Assembly: GCA_964366055.1 (NCBI GenBank)
Contig: CAYISE010000001.1
Span: forward strand, 1-57,082
Length of the DNA: 57,082 nucleotides
Source of the DNA: an uncultured Candidatus Saccharibacteria bacterium
Lineage (GTDB): Bacteria > Patescibacteriota > Minisyncoccia > UBA6257 > GWB1-50-10
Direction of reading: 5' to 3'
Position 1 is the stretch's first letter, and each line of letters begins with the position of its first letter. The position numbers were made by a program, and so were the translations under genes. The notes beneath the pieces were generated by a model that saw only the letters and a program-made list of their open reading frames with translations, ran no database searches and was not told where the DNA came from. Of the stretch, positions 8,614 to 18,725 are shown in pieces.

Positions 8614-9795
8614 TTAAGAGAGCCACTTCCTCCCATCAAAGAAATCCACCCAACGAGCGGTGAACTTGTCAACCGAATATTCTTTGACCGTTTCGGCGGC
8701 CTGAACGCTCATCTGTCCGACTAAATCCCTGTCACGGGCGCAATGGAGCAATTTCCGGGCGATTGCTTCGCTGTCGCAAGGCGGCACGACGAAGCCGTTT
8801 ATCCCTTCTTTGATGATATCCGGCCCGCCGCTATGCGTCGTCGCGATGACCGGCAAGCCGTGGCTCATCGCCTCGAACATCACTTGGCCGAAACCGTCGT
8901 CCAGCGTGGGAAATACGAAGACCGACGATTTCCGGTAATAGTCCCCCAAAAGATGGTGACGCACCGGACCGGCATATTCAAAAATCCCATCGTATTTCCC
9001 CAAGAATGTTTTTATCTCCGGGTCAATCGGGCCGACAATAGTGAGTTTAATATCTTCGTTACTTTCTTTTTTTATTTTTTCCATCGCCTCCAAAAGATAG
9101 AGCGCGCCCTTCATTATTGAAAGGGAACCGACGTATAAAACTTCCAGCGGGCCGTTTTTATTCTTCTCCGATATTCCGGCGCTGGAAATTACAAGGTCCT
9201 CCGCCGCGCTCAAGGGGAAATGGATGATTTTATCTTCGGGAACGCCGCGCTCCGCATAGGTCCGGGCGGCAAACGACGAGGGGGTGAAGAGCGCATCGCA
9301 CAGTTCGTACTCCTTCAATTCCCTTCTTATCTTTTTGTCGCTGTTCGCGGTTCGGGGAACCAAACCAAGCTTCCGATATTCTCTTTCCCTTTCCTCTTTC
9401 TGGAACTCTATATGCGAGGAGCCCCGATACATCACGGTCTTCGCCCCTATTCGCTTGGCCGCCTTCATTGTCTTCAAGGCGCACATGGAACGGGTGATGA
9501 CGATATCACTGCCCTTTATGTGCTTTGAGGCCCAAGCGTCAAAAAAGACCTGCTCATAATAAGAAAAATCTTTGATGAATCTCCGGGCCGCGATGTCAAA
9601 AATCCGGGCGAGAAAAAAAAGTTTGACTTTTTCTTTGGGAATTTTTTCGTTGTCCTTCCGCCGCCATTCCAAAAAAGGGATTTTCGGACTGTAAAAATCC
9701 GTGAGAACCCGGTAAAGCAGGCCGCGCTTTTCAAATCCTTCGGCCCACCGGAAAAGGTCAAATTTGCCGTAAGTGGAGATGGTTATTTTTTTCAT
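8614..9795 (-). CDS. family 4 (GT-B) glycosyltransferase
   Basis: 393 aa. C-terminal FPTLDDGFGQVMFEAMSHGLPVIAT (EX7E-like) motif. Confidence 0.75.
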   Translation of the reverse strand: MKKITISTYGKFDLFRWAEGFEKRGLLYRVLTDFYSPKIPFLEWRRKDNEKIPKEKVKLFFLARIFDIAARRFIKDFSYYEQVFFDAWASKHIKGSDIVITRSMCALKTMKAAKRIGAKTVMYRGSSHIEFQKEEREREYRKLGLVPRTANSDKKIRRELKEYELCDALFTPSSFAARTYAERGVPEDKIIHFPLSAAEDLVISSAGISEKNKNGPLEVLYVGSLSIMKGALYLLEAMEKIKKESNEDIKLTIVGPIDPEIKTFLGKYDGIFEYAGPVRHHLLGDYYRKSSVFVFPTLDDGFGQVMFEAMSHGLPVIATTHSGGPDIIKEGINGFVVPPCDSEAIARKLLHCARDRDLVGQMSVQAAETVKEYSVDKFTARWVDFFDGRKWLS

Positions 9796-10863
9796 TTATT
9801 TATTCGGAAGTCCCAGGAGCTTCGCAATCGCTTCCGCCACCATTTCATGCCCCTTTTCGTTAATGTGCCCGTCCTTCGGCAAGTAGAGATTTTTTCCGCC
9901 AATGACGGTTTCGGTCAGGTCAACGAAGGGAATATCGTTGTTTTTGAGGATAGAGCCCATTCTCCCGCCCATCTGCCTTTCAAACCAGTTGTACTTTATG
10001 TTTCTGGAAGGAATAAGAACCGCCGCGAGGGTTTTGCCCAGCAGTAACTCCTTCATTTTTTTGATAATTCCTTCAAACAAGGCGAATTTTTGGTCGTAAT
10101 CGGCCAGATTTTTCACCAAACCAAGGCGGCTTAGGGATTCGTAGAAATACTCTTTAGCCAAAATTTTCGCCAAAGACAGCGTCTTCAAATCAAAAATCCA
10201 TTTGGTCAATTCGTAAACCTTTTCATTTTTGACGCGATAATCGGTTTTGGATTCCCGGGTTTCGAAAACGCTTGCCTGCGGGACATTTTCCCATTTGAGC
10301 AGATTGTTGTCCAAAGAAAACTTGGGTTTGGGACCGGACTGGGAACTCACGTTGATCTCATCAATGTCGTTAAGAAAATAAAAAACCAAAACCACGATAT
10401 CGGGGTTGTATTTCATCCCTTCCGTCTTGAGCGCGAGATAATACTGGCCCGCGTCGTATCCCGGGACACCGAGATTCAAAACCTCCCCGCCGGTATTTCT
10501 TTCCAGCAGTTTTTCAAAGGTGTTTTCAAGAGCAACGCCCTGGCCGAAGGTGTGGGAATCGCCCAAGATGACGATTCTTTTTTTCGCGGGGTCTTTTACA
10601 TATGAATGTTCCTCATCATCTCTAAGTCCCTTGCCGTTCGTCTTGTATTGAATATCGTATTCAACGGTTTTCTGCCGGCAGGATTGATTCGGCTGGAGCC
10701 GCCAGCCGATGACCGGGTCATGCGTATAAAGATTGTCAGCGCAATCATAAAAATTCGCCATCTTCTCTTTAGAGGTTTCGTAACTGTCCCAAGCCCTTAA
10801 ACCAAGTTCCGAAATCGCCAAACCTATCGCCAAACCCAGCAATATTAGAAACGCTTTCCGCAT
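9796..10863 (-). CDS. secreted or membrane-anchored SGNH/GDSL hydrolase (possible glycan O-acyl esterase or transferase)
   Basis: 355 aa. N-terminal hydrophobic anchor, block I ILGDSHTFG and block V DGHINEKGH. Confidence 0.7.
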   Translation of the reverse strand: MRKAFLILLGLAIGLAISELGLRAWDSYETSKEKMANFYDCADNLYTHDPVIGWRLQPNQSCRQKTVEYDIQYKTNGKGLRDDEEHSYVKDPAKKRIVILGDSHTFGQGVALENTFEKLLERNTGGEVLNLGVPGYDAGQYYLALKTEGMKYNPDIVVLVFYFLNDIDEINVSSQSGPKPKFSLDNNLLKWENVPQASVFETRESKTDYRVKNEKVYELTKWIFDLKTLSLAKILAKEYFYESLSRLGLVKNLADYDQKFALFEGIIKKMKELLLGKTLAAVLIPSRNIKYNWFERQMGGRMGSILKNNDIPFVDLTETVIGGKNLYLPKDGHINEKGHEMVAEAIAKLLGLPNK

Positions 10864-13316
10864 TATTTTTTCAGGGTATCACAGACGTAAATCTGCCGCG
10901 AGCCCTCGTGGACGGAATCAAAACAAATCCGCGCGCCGTCGCGGTTAAAGCGGGGATGGAGGTCGGCCCTCAAATTGCTCAAATCCCAATCGTCCCTCAC
11001 TCCGTATTCTTGAGCGGGCAAGGAATAAAATTTTCCGATTTCAATTAATCCGCCCGAGGATAAATTGAATAGCATTAGATGCCGATAATGTTCGTTGCCG
11101 GGATAAGTATCGGTCAAAAGCCATTCTCCGTTCGGAGAGAAAGAACAATGGCCGTCTTCCCTGATCAAACCGGCTCCGATTTTTTTAAAATTCCGGGTTT
11201 TGTCCTCAAAAAGCAGAAAGGCGTCACCGCTAATCACCTGCCTTATCCTGCCCGAGACGCGAAATAAACCGTGGTAAACCGGCACGGCAAACTTTCTCAA
11301 TAAACTGCTCGCTCCCGCTCTCGCCGCCACGCCTGGCGGTCTGCCCCAAACCAAAAGTTCATGGTCGCTTTTCCAGGTAAAATGGGAGGCCATTCCGCTA
11401 TCCAGCAAAAGATGAAGCGAGGAACCGTCGCTGTCCGCCGTATAAAGCCGGCTGTACATTCCTCCGTTTTTAAGCCGCCATCGATGAAGAAATGCGAACC
11501 TCGCGCCGCTGGGACTGAAGGTTAAATGGTCAACCCAGTGTTTGCCTTCATTCATTGAATCCAGATGCCGGCGTTCGCAAAGTTTCGCAAGAGATATTGC
11601 CAATCCGCGCTCTCCGCGCTCCAAATCAACAAAATAAATGCCGTCATCCTTCGGTTTATCCTCCGATACGGACGGGTCCTTGACGCCCTTATAACCGTAG
11701 CCCTCGCGCGCGTCATTCAACCGCGAGAAGTTTAAAGAAAGAGCGCGGCGGCCGTTCGAATGAACGGCATAGATTGGAAAGGGAATAATTTTTCTTTCTC
11801 CCGCGGCAATGTCAAAAATAACGGAAACGAAGCGCCCATTTTGAAGGTCATTGAAAATTATTTTCCGATTATAATCCGGTCCCAGCCATTGGAGCATGGA
11901 ACCCTGCTGCCAATTCCAGGCGCGGGTCTCGGCTATTCCGTTAAAATGACCGGCCTCCGCGGGTCTGAAAAAACCGATTCGCGCGATTTCTTTCCCGTCG
12001 GGCAGACGATTGATAAAATCGGCCTCGTGAGCCAGTATTTTCCCGCCAGCCATGTCCCACGGACATTTATCGTAGTAGCCGAAAAAATGATGCTTGCCCA
12101 TTGTGCTGAAATTTATCCGAACATCCTTATATTCTGAATTAATGCTTTTAATTGCCGTTAAGATGCCATCGGCGTCTTCTCTATAACTCCATTTCGCAAC
12201 CGTCCGCAGAGAATTTTCTCTGCATCTTTGAAGAAGTGCGGCATCAGTTGCGAGTTTTTCCATATGACCCGCCAAAGCATTTACATCGCCGAATTCGTAT
12301 ATAAAACCGCAACCACTATCGGCAATCAAATCCGGGGCGGTGCCCACCCTATCCGATATGATGAAGGCGATTCCAAAATTCATCGCCTCGTTCACTTGTT
12401 TCGGCGACGGGTCAAATTCCGACGGGAGCAGAAGAATGTCCGAAACGGCGTAATAAACTGGTATCTCGGATTGATTCTTGAATCCAAGGAAATAAATGTT
12501 CTTGATGCCGCGCTCGCGAACATATTTCTCAAGCGCTTTTCTGTCCTCGCCGTCGCCGACGAAAAGAACGTTGAATTCCGTATTTTCGCGCAACAGTTCG
12601 CAGGCCTTCAGAATATCAAAAGTCCTTTTCCGTTTCATCAGTTTGCCGATAAATATGAAAGTCGGCGCTTCCAGATTCTTAATTCCGATAGATTTTTTCA
12701 GTTCGTTTTTCTTCAATTTCAACTCCTCAAACTTCCGGCCGAAAAAATCGTTATCCACGGCGCACGGGAAGAAAAAGAGCTTCTCCTCCGGCACACCGTA
12801 GTGCGTGAAGAATTCCTTATTGAGCCGGTAGCTGTACAAAAAAGCCGGTATGGTCTTGAACAAATTTTTCAAGACCAATAATTTGACAAGATTCTTCATG
12901 GTTCCGTTCCGCTTCCCCATATTCGCCTCGCCACGCAGTATAATTTTCGCGCCGGTGTACCAGCGCGTGAAAAATATGAGCCACGAAGTAACGGTCGTGT
13001 ATCCGTGAATAAGCGCCGCGTCGTATTTATTTTTCCTTAATTCGCCGACGATTGACGGATTAATCTGGCCGAAAAAAGATGTTCCGGGTTTGGAACTGTA
13101 GTTTTTCAAAAGAACATACTTATAACCATCAAGAAGCGGCACATCCCACTTGACCTTCACGCCAAGTTCTTTATCAAACCCCGCTTCGGAAATACCGAAG
13201 TCCCAGCAATAGTAAACCGTCACGTCCAGCCGCGGATCTTGAGCTAGATACCGGAAAAGCGGCGCCTGATACTGGATTGGGTGAGAAGCAACAATAGCCA
13301 GTTTATATCTTTTCAT
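10863..13316 (-). CDS. fusion protein: N-terminal GT4 glycosyltransferase plus C-terminal TolB/oligogalacturonide-lyase-like beta-propeller
   Basis: 817 aa. Residues about 1-390 look like GT-B (LPSEFDPSPKQVNEAMNFG). Residues about 400-817 carry propeller-like repeats ending in LRADLHPRFNRDGARICFDSVHEGSRQIYV, a pattern I associate with TolB-like/PF14583-type propellers. Confidence 0.6.
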   Translation of the reverse strand: MKRYKLAIVASHPIQYQAPLFRYLAQDPRLDVTVYYCWDFGISEAGFDKELGVKVKWDVPLLDGYKYVLLKNYSSKPGTSFFGQINPSIVGELRKNKYDAALIHGYTTVTSWLIFFTRWYTGAKIILRGEANMGKRNGTMKNLVKLLVLKNLFKTIPAFLYSYRLNKEFFTHYGVPEEKLFFFPCAVDNDFFGRKFEELKLKKNELKKSIGIKNLEAPTFIFIGKLMKRKRTFDILKACELLRENTEFNVLFVGDGEDRKALEKYVRERGIKNIYFLGFKNQSEIPVYYAVSDILLLPSEFDPSPKQVNEAMNFGIAFIISDRVGTAPDLIADSGCGFIYEFGDVNALAGHMEKLATDAALLQRCRENSLRTVAKWSYREDADGILTAIKSINSEYKDVRINFSTMGKHHFFGYYDKCPWDMAGGKILAHEADFINRLPDGKEIARIGFFRPAEAGHFNGIAETRAWNWQQGSMLQWLGPDYNRKIIFNDLQNGRFVSVIFDIAAGERKIIPFPIYAVHSNGRRALSLNFSRLNDAREGYGYKGVKDPSVSEDKPKDDGIYFVDLERGERGLAISLAKLCERRHLDSMNEGKHWVDHLTFSPSGARFAFLHRWRLKNGGMYSRLYTADSDGSSLHLLLDSGMASHFTWKSDHELLVWGRPPGVAARAGASSLLRKFAVPVYHGLFRVSGRIRQVISGDAFLLFEDKTRNFKKIGAGLIREDGHCSFSPNGEWLLTDTYPGNEHYRHLMLFNLSSGGLIEIGKFYSLPAQEYGVRDDWDLSNLRADLHPRFNRDGARICFDSVHEGSRQIYVCDTLKK

Positions 13317-14319
13317 TGGGATGCCTCAAATACCAATCGTAAGTTCTTTTCAATCCCTCTTCAAGAGATACATTCGGTTTCCAGCCGGTCAAGCTTTGCA
13401 ATTTCGTGATGTCGGCGAGCCGTCGCTTTACGCTTCCCGGCGGGGACGATTTTATATCCAATTTTTTCGGCCGCCAGCCCGCGATTTTAAAAAGTTTTTC
13501 CACCAGTCCTTTCATATTGATTTCCTCAAGGTCGCCGATGTGCACGGTTTCAATCGGCTGGTTGTCGGTTTTCGGAGAATCCATAAGTGCCTGCATCGCC
13601 CGAATCGCGTCATCAATATAACAAAAGGTTCTCGTATCATCACTGCCGTAGATTGGAAAGGGGTCAACTTTATTCGCTATTCTCAAAGAGAACTCCGGTA
13701 TCACGTGGTCATAGCCGGCCCGCGGACCGTAAAAATTATGAGGACGAATTACCAAGGCCCGGAAATTTAACATCTTGGCATAATGAATGACGAATAACTC
13801 GCCTACCAGCTTGGTTGAAGCGTAAGACCAGCGCGGATTATAGGGGTCTTCTATCACAAGCGGAACCTTTTCGGGCGTCGGGATGGGCAAAATACCGAAA
13901 GCATTCAATCCCCCGGCGTAGGCCTCATTTGAAGAAGTGAAACAGAATTTGCCTTCGCGATTATGCTTGGCAAACCAATCAAGCATATGAACCAGAGTGA
14001 GAGTGTTGATTTTCAAAACCTCGTGGGGAATTTCGTAGAAAAGTTTGGTGCCGTTAACGGCCGCAAGGTGATAGACACGAGCATATCCGCTACCCAGTTT
14101 TTCATACGAAGCAAGGTTGGTGAGATCCAAAGTCAAGAACTTTATCCTCGGGTTTTTTATCAATTCTCCGAAATCCTCATCCATCTTTCCTCTTCGGAGA
14201 TTATCCACCAAGACAATTTCTGCTTCGGTACTCTGAAGCAAATGATTCGCCAAATGATAACCGATGAATCCCGCCCCGCCAGTTATGAGAATTTTCATGC
14301 TTCGCGCAACAGATTCCAA
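13303..14319 (-). CDS. NAD-dependent epimerase/dehydratase (extended SDR)
   Basis: 338 aa. GGAGFIGYHL and YASTK (YxxxK). Confidence 0.8.
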   Translation of the reverse strand: MESVARSMKILITGGAGFIGYHLANHLLQSTEAEIVLVDNLRRGKMDEDFGELIKNPRIKFLTLDLTNLASYEKLGSGYARVYHLAAVNGTKLFYEIPHEVLKINTLTLVHMLDWFAKHNREGKFCFTSSNEAYAGGLNAFGILPIPTPEKVPLVIEDPYNPRWSYASTKLVGELFVIHYAKMLNFRALVIRPHNFYGPRAGYDHVIPEFSLRIANKVDPFPIYGSDDTRTFCYIDDAIRAMQALMDSPKTDNQPIETVHIGDLEEINMKGLVEKLFKIAGWRPKKLDIKSSPPGSVKRRLADITKLQSLTGWKPNVSLEEGLKRTYDWYLRHPNEKI

Positions 14320-15503
14320 ACATCCACAAATTTCTTATCCGGATGATTCTTGGGATTGATCTCCAAATATTTCTTATGGGGCGTCGCCAGTATCAGAATA
14401 TCGGATTTCGCCAAAGCGACATCCAACGGAACGAATTCCGGGTTTTTGATGTGCTCATCGGTACAAAGAACCGTCTTGCACTCCATTTGGGCCATTTTCC
14501 GAAGCTTGTATGACAGGGACGCGCGCGGGTCATCCACTTCCGCCTTGAAAGCCATACCCAGAATTCCGACCGTCTTATCTTTAAGCGAATGTCCGTATTC
14601 CCGCTTCAGGTCGCCTATGACGTGATTGACTAATCCTTCATTCACCAGCATCGCCGCGTGGCCGATCCAAAAATTGTTATTGGTAAAAGCGGCCAGTTGC
14701 ATCGTGTCCTTAAAAAGGCACGGGCCGGCGGCAAAACCCGGCGACGGCAGGTCGCGGTTGCGCGGATAATCCTTATTCATCGCCCGATGGATATTGTGAT
14801 AATTAAGACCGTGGTCTTGGGCGATCATAAAAAACTGATTGGCCACGGCAAACCGGATGTAACGCCACGAATTTGTAAAAAGTTTTGCCAATTCCGCTTC
14901 AATCGGCTTGACGGGGATTATATCCGCCGGAGTGATTTTCCTGAAGAGCGCGGTCACTTCCTTTATGGTCTCATCGTCAAAACCCGAAATAATTTGGGGC
15001 CATAATTTCAACTCCTCTATCGCGTGCCCCTGCATAATCCGCTCCGGACAAAATGCTAATTTAACTTTTTTACCTTTCTTCAAGAAGTGATTCTGAAGTT
15101 TTTCGGTAGTCCCCGGAAAAACCGTGCTCCGAAGAATGACGAATTGCCCGTCTCTGAAATAATCAATGCTCCTGTCTATTAGCCGGGTGATACCGCCGAA
15201 ATCGGGACTAAGATACTCGTCTACCGGCGTCCCCACGATAACAACCACGAATTTGGATTGGCTGATGGCTTCCGGAGAATCGGTCGTGAACAAAAGATTT
15301 TTTTTCAGGGCGGATTGCAGCGCTTCATCGCCGTCTTTCTCCTTGAAGGGAAACCGGCCGGACTGAATTTTTTCCAGCGCGGCCTTGTTGATATCCAAGA
15401 GGATTGTCTTTACGCCGCAATCGGCAAAAACCACGCCCAAAGGCAGGCCAACGTGCCCGGCGCCGCCAATAATACAAAGCTCATATTTGGCATTGTTTTC
15501 CAT
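14295..15503 (-). CDS. nucleotide-sugar 6-dehydrogenase (UDP-glucose/GDP-mannose dehydrogenase family)
   Basis: IIGGAGHVGLPLG NAD loop and catalytic-Cys region GFAAGPCLFKD. The track start at 15548 is a TTG. I prefer the ATG at 15503 (MENNAKYEL...), which removes the overlap with the upstream NUDIX gene. Confidence 0.8.
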   Translation of the reverse strand: MENNAKYELCIIGGAGHVGLPLGVVFADCGVKTILLDINKAALEKIQSGRFPFKEKDGDEALQSALKKNLLFTTDSPEAISQSKFVVVIVGTPVDEYLSPDFGGITRLIDRSIDYFRDGQFVILRSTVFPGTTEKLQNHFLKKGKKVKLAFCPERIMQGHAIEELKLWPQIISGFDDETIKEVTALFRKITPADIIPVKPIEAELAKLFTNSWRYIRFAVANQFFMIAQDHGLNYHNIHRAMNKDYPRNRDLPSPGFAAGPCLFKDTMQLAAFTNNNFWIGHAAMLVNEGLVNHVIGDLKREYGHSLKDKTVGILGMAFKAEVDDPRASLSYKLRKMAQMECKTVLCTDEHIKNPEFVPLDVALAKSDILILATPHKKYLEINPKNHPDKKFVDVWNLLREA

Positions 15504-15516
15504 TGAGATTAATATA

Positions 15517-16104
15517 TTATTTTTTACTCTCTCTGTCAAATCCCGCAAATATTTCCGGGTAAAGCAGTGAGGCCTTCATCACGCACGCAACGGTATCCGC
15601 GACCCAAATCTTTCCTTCCTTAATCATTTTTAATGTTTCTTGCGGAGAGACGGCGACTATTTCAATATCCTCCGTTACTTCAAGGTTTTGCTTTGGATTG
15701 AACTCCGCGTTTCTGACGAGATAGCAATGGACGATGTGCATTATTTTTGTCGGGACGTTGGAAACTTCGCCAATTCTGATGAGGTCGCTCGCCTCCGCTT
15801 TGATGCCGACCTCCTCTTCCAGTTCCGCGAGAGCCGATTCTTCCGGGGTCTTGCCCTCTTGCTGAAACCCCGCGGGAAGTTCAAGGGTTATTTCTCCCAA
15901 GCCGTGTTTGTATTGTTTCGTAAAAACAATTTTATTGCCTTTCGTTATGGGTAAAACCATCACCGCGTGAATCATCCGGGAAATAAAGTAGTCGTCTATC
16001 ACCGTCCCGTTGGGCAGCTCCACGGTGTGCTGGAAAACGGGGAACCACTTACTCGGAGAAACATCCGCTTCTTTAAGTATCTTCCACTTTTTTATGTTTT
16101 TCAT
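15517..16104 (-). CDS. NUDIX hydrolase
   Basis: 195 aa. Nudix box GKTPEESALAELEEEVGI. Confidence 0.8.
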   Translation of the reverse strand: MKNIKKWKILKEADVSPSKWFPVFQHTVELPNGTVIDDYFISRMIHAVMVLPITKGNKIVFTKQYKHGLGEITLELPAGFQQEGKTPEESALAELEEEVGIKAEASDLIRIGEVSNVPTKIMHIVHCYLVRNAEFNPKQNLEVTEDIEIVAVSPQETLKMIKEGKIWVADTVACVMKASLLYPEIFAGFDRESKK

Positions 16105-16118
16105 AAATAACTAAGTAA

Positions 16119-17618
16119 TTAATCGCACTTATAAATCGCGTACCCATAACCCGGCATTGTATTACCGAGTTTTATGCCGAATACTTCAGGCAAATCGCGA
16201 GAAAATTTATCGGTTGAGAGCGCGCATCCGGGAATTTCGGGGGGGACGAGCATTCCGCTGTACCGTTGCTGGAAAAAAATGAAGGCGGTATTTTCTTTTG
16301 GCTTTTCCGGCCAAGTGTTATACGAATACATTCTGTCATAATCTTCCGAAAGCGACCAGAGACCACCCGTTACCCCGAACTTCAGATGGCTATCCGGATA
16401 TTCCCGGCTGATTTTCCTGAAGGCATCGCGGGCCCCGTAAAAATCGAGGGATTGCCCCAAAAAAACTGGGAATAAAAAAACCGTCCGCGCGATGCCGGTG
16501 GCGACAAGAGCGAGAGTTAGAAAAACAGCGCCTCTCGCGGCAATCCCCGACTCCGAAAAGTAGCGGATAAAACCGAGGAAAACGAGAGGAGAAAAAGATA
16601 AAAGGTAGAAAATGTGCCCGACCGAATAAATCATGCTTCCCAACATAAAAACAAGACCCGCCGCGCAAACCGCAAAAATGAAGAGTGAAGTTATCCGTTC
16701 GCGGTATTTTCTGTATAAAAAAATACCGGATATGAGAATAAGCAATGTAACAAAGCCGTAAAACGGAGTCACCGGCGATAAAAAATAGTAGTGCAGAAAA
16801 TTAGGCAATGTAAACAAATCGCTGAATTGCGAAGTGTAGCTCCGGCTCACCATTAAAGCGTTTTTGACGGTGCCAGCCAAAGTTTCCCGAATACCGAACG
16901 GGCCCAAAGAAATTACTGAGAAAAGCGTCAAAAATCCGACCAATATAACAGAACCGAATCTCAAAAAAAAATCCCTCGATTTGAATTTCACCGCCAGCAT
17001 CGCTCCCAAAATAAGGACCGAGATGATACTGGCCGCCAGATGCGTGGCGAGCATAAATCCCAAGAGAATTCCATACAAGAGCCAATCATATTTCTTGATA
17101 TAAAAAAACACGAGAAGGCCGAGCGTTACCCATAAACCGGCGAGTATTTCAGGTCGGCCACTACCGCCATTCAAGCCCGAAGCCAGCGCCAAAAGCCCGA
17201 GCATAATTACAAAAAGAGCCGGCCAACTTAACTCTTTTCCCCGCCTCGCCGCCCGGTAAAATAAAAACGCGCTCAACCAAATCACAACTATGTTTAAAAG
17301 AGCGATGGTCACGAAAATATCCACGGGCGACACTCCAGACAGCCCGCGGCTTAAAATCAGCGGAAACAGGGGCGGATAAAATAAAAATCTCTTCAAACCG
17401 GAGGGGTCTATCAAATTGAGCGCCTGCTCATCGGGAAACAAAGGGCTGGTTAAAACGCCCTTATTCGCGAATTGGATGGCCGGTACCAGAAAAAATGACG
17501 AGTCGCCGCCGGGAACGGGATAGGCGTTGCGCGCGAAAACAAAAAGCAGTACGGCTGTGGTCAGACAAAAAAAGATTAAAACCGCTTCTTTTAAACCCAG
17601 CTTGCTTAAAAAATTCAT
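16119..17618 (-). CDS. polytopic membrane protein, candidate GT-C-like glycosyltransferase or polymerase (paralog of 23747-25267)
   Basis: 499 aa with about 11-13 hydrophobic segments. It shares these blocks with the 506-aa protein: AYPV..GDS, DPSG.K.F.F.PPLFPL.LS, GRPE.LA, LATH, SE.Y.RMY.Y, and the C-terminal FGI.L.NT.PGY....Y.C. Confidence 0.5.
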   Translation of the reverse strand: MNFLSKLGLKEAVLIFFCLTTAVLLFVFARNAYPVPGGDSSFFLVPAIQFANKGVLTSPLFPDEQALNLIDPSGLKRFLFYPPLFPLILSRGLSGVSPVDIFVTIALLNIVVIWLSAFLFYRAARRGKELSWPALFVIMLGLLALASGLNGGSGRPEILAGLWVTLGLLVFFYIKKYDWLLYGILLGFMLATHLAASIISVLILGAMLAVKFKSRDFFLRFGSVILVGFLTLFSVISLGPFGIRETLAGTVKNALMVSRSYTSQFSDLFTLPNFLHYYFLSPVTPFYGFVTLLILISGIFLYRKYRERITSLFIFAVCAAGLVFMLGSMIYSVGHIFYLLSFSPLVFLGFIRYFSESGIAARGAVFLTLALVATGIARTVFLFPVFLGQSLDFYGARDAFRKISREYPDSHLKFGVTGGLWSLSEDYDRMYSYNTWPEKPKENTAFIFFQQRYSGMLVPPEIPGCALSTDKFSRDLPEVFGIKLGNTMPGYGYAIYKCD

Positions 17619-18725
17619 TTATTCGGCCTCAAAAATAAACTCATCCGTTAAAAAATAATCGCGGCTCGGTATAAAAGCGCGCTTCTTTGAAAACAACCTC
17701 ACGCCGCATTTCACCGCCCTCATAATAACATAGGGGAGAAACACGGCTACTATAATTAATTTTTCCATCGGCGCGTAATCCTTGAAAAAGATATCAATGA
17801 CGTTAGTAAAATATCTTTTCCAGACAAAGAAACTCAACTTTTTTCTAAATAAATCCGATAAAGCGGACGCGAGTATGCTTAGCCCGAATGAAAAATGCAC
17901 ACCTCTTTGATATTTTTTTAAATTCTCCGAACCGGCATAAATGGCTTCGTACGCCCGACGGATAGCGAGAGAATAGCGGACGGGACCTTCCAAATCCTCG
18001 GTGAACCCGCCCTGCAATCCAACGTGATTCGCTCCATGGATTGTATTAACATACCCCGCTTCGCGTATGATAACGAAATATTCATAATGCATTAACACCC
18101 CCGGAAAGATCATGCCATCTATCGGCTCCGGTATGCCGCCTCGTTTGATTAAACTCGTAGGCCTTGCCAACTCCCTTCTCAAAGAATTGACATAATCCTC
18201 CTTTCGCATAAGAGAATGGAATCCCCCGGCGGCGATGCTGGGATGATTGTAGCAATGACGGAAAAACCAATCGGCTGAATATCGGCCGGGTTTTATCCGG
18301 GTTTCATACGTAAAAATCATTTTGCCGGCGTCCGCGATCCTAAATGTAACGTCTCTCGTGAAGATGGCGGCGGTATCGGGATTGGCAAGAAAATATTTCA
18401 CGGATTCCTCAATATAATTCCGGGAAAGCCAATCATCGCTGCCTAAGGCCTCTATAAGATAGCCGGCGCCGGACTCGGCGCATTTTAAATAATTATTGCC
18501 GCTGCCGATATTCGTTTCATTCCGAAAGTATTTGACCCGCGAATCGCGCTTGGCATACCGCGAGACCACTTCGCGCGTATTATCCGTGCTGGCATTATCA
18601 ACCACGATAATCTCAATATTGCGATAGGTTTGGTTCATGCCGCTTAGTATGGCGCGCTGAACCATGTCAACGCGGTTAAAAGTGGGTATGCAAATACTGA
18701 CTAAGGGATTTCTATCCATTGTCAA
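17619..18725 (-). CDS. family 2 glycosyltransferase with C-terminal membrane segments
   Basis: 368 aa. VSICIPTFNR...VVDNASTDNT, GSDD (DxD-like), hydrophobic C-terminal third. Confidence 0.8.
   Translation of the reverse strand: MTMDRNPLVSICIPTFNRVDMVQRAILSGMNQTYRNIEIIVVDNASTDNTREVVSRYAKRDSRVKYFRNETNIGSGNNYLKCAESGAGYLIEALGSDDWLSRNYIEESVKYFLANPDTAAIFTRDVTFRIADAGKMIFTYETRIKPGRYSADWFFRHCYNHPSIAAGGFHSLMRKEDYVNSLRRELARPTSLIKRGGIPEPIDGMIFPGVLMHYEYFVIIREAGYVNTIHGANHVGLQGGFTEDLEGPVRYSLAIRRAYEAIYAGSENLKKYQRGVHFSFGLSILASALSDLFRKKLSFFVWKRYFTNVIDIFFKDYAPMEKLIIVAVFLPYVIMRAVKCGVRLFSKKRAFIPSRDYFLTDEFIFEAE

Noticed and set aside
12228-12881. 217-aa plus-strand ORF inside the GT4-propeller gene
   Set aside because: It is antisense to a strongly supported 817-aa CDS and its sequence is featureless.
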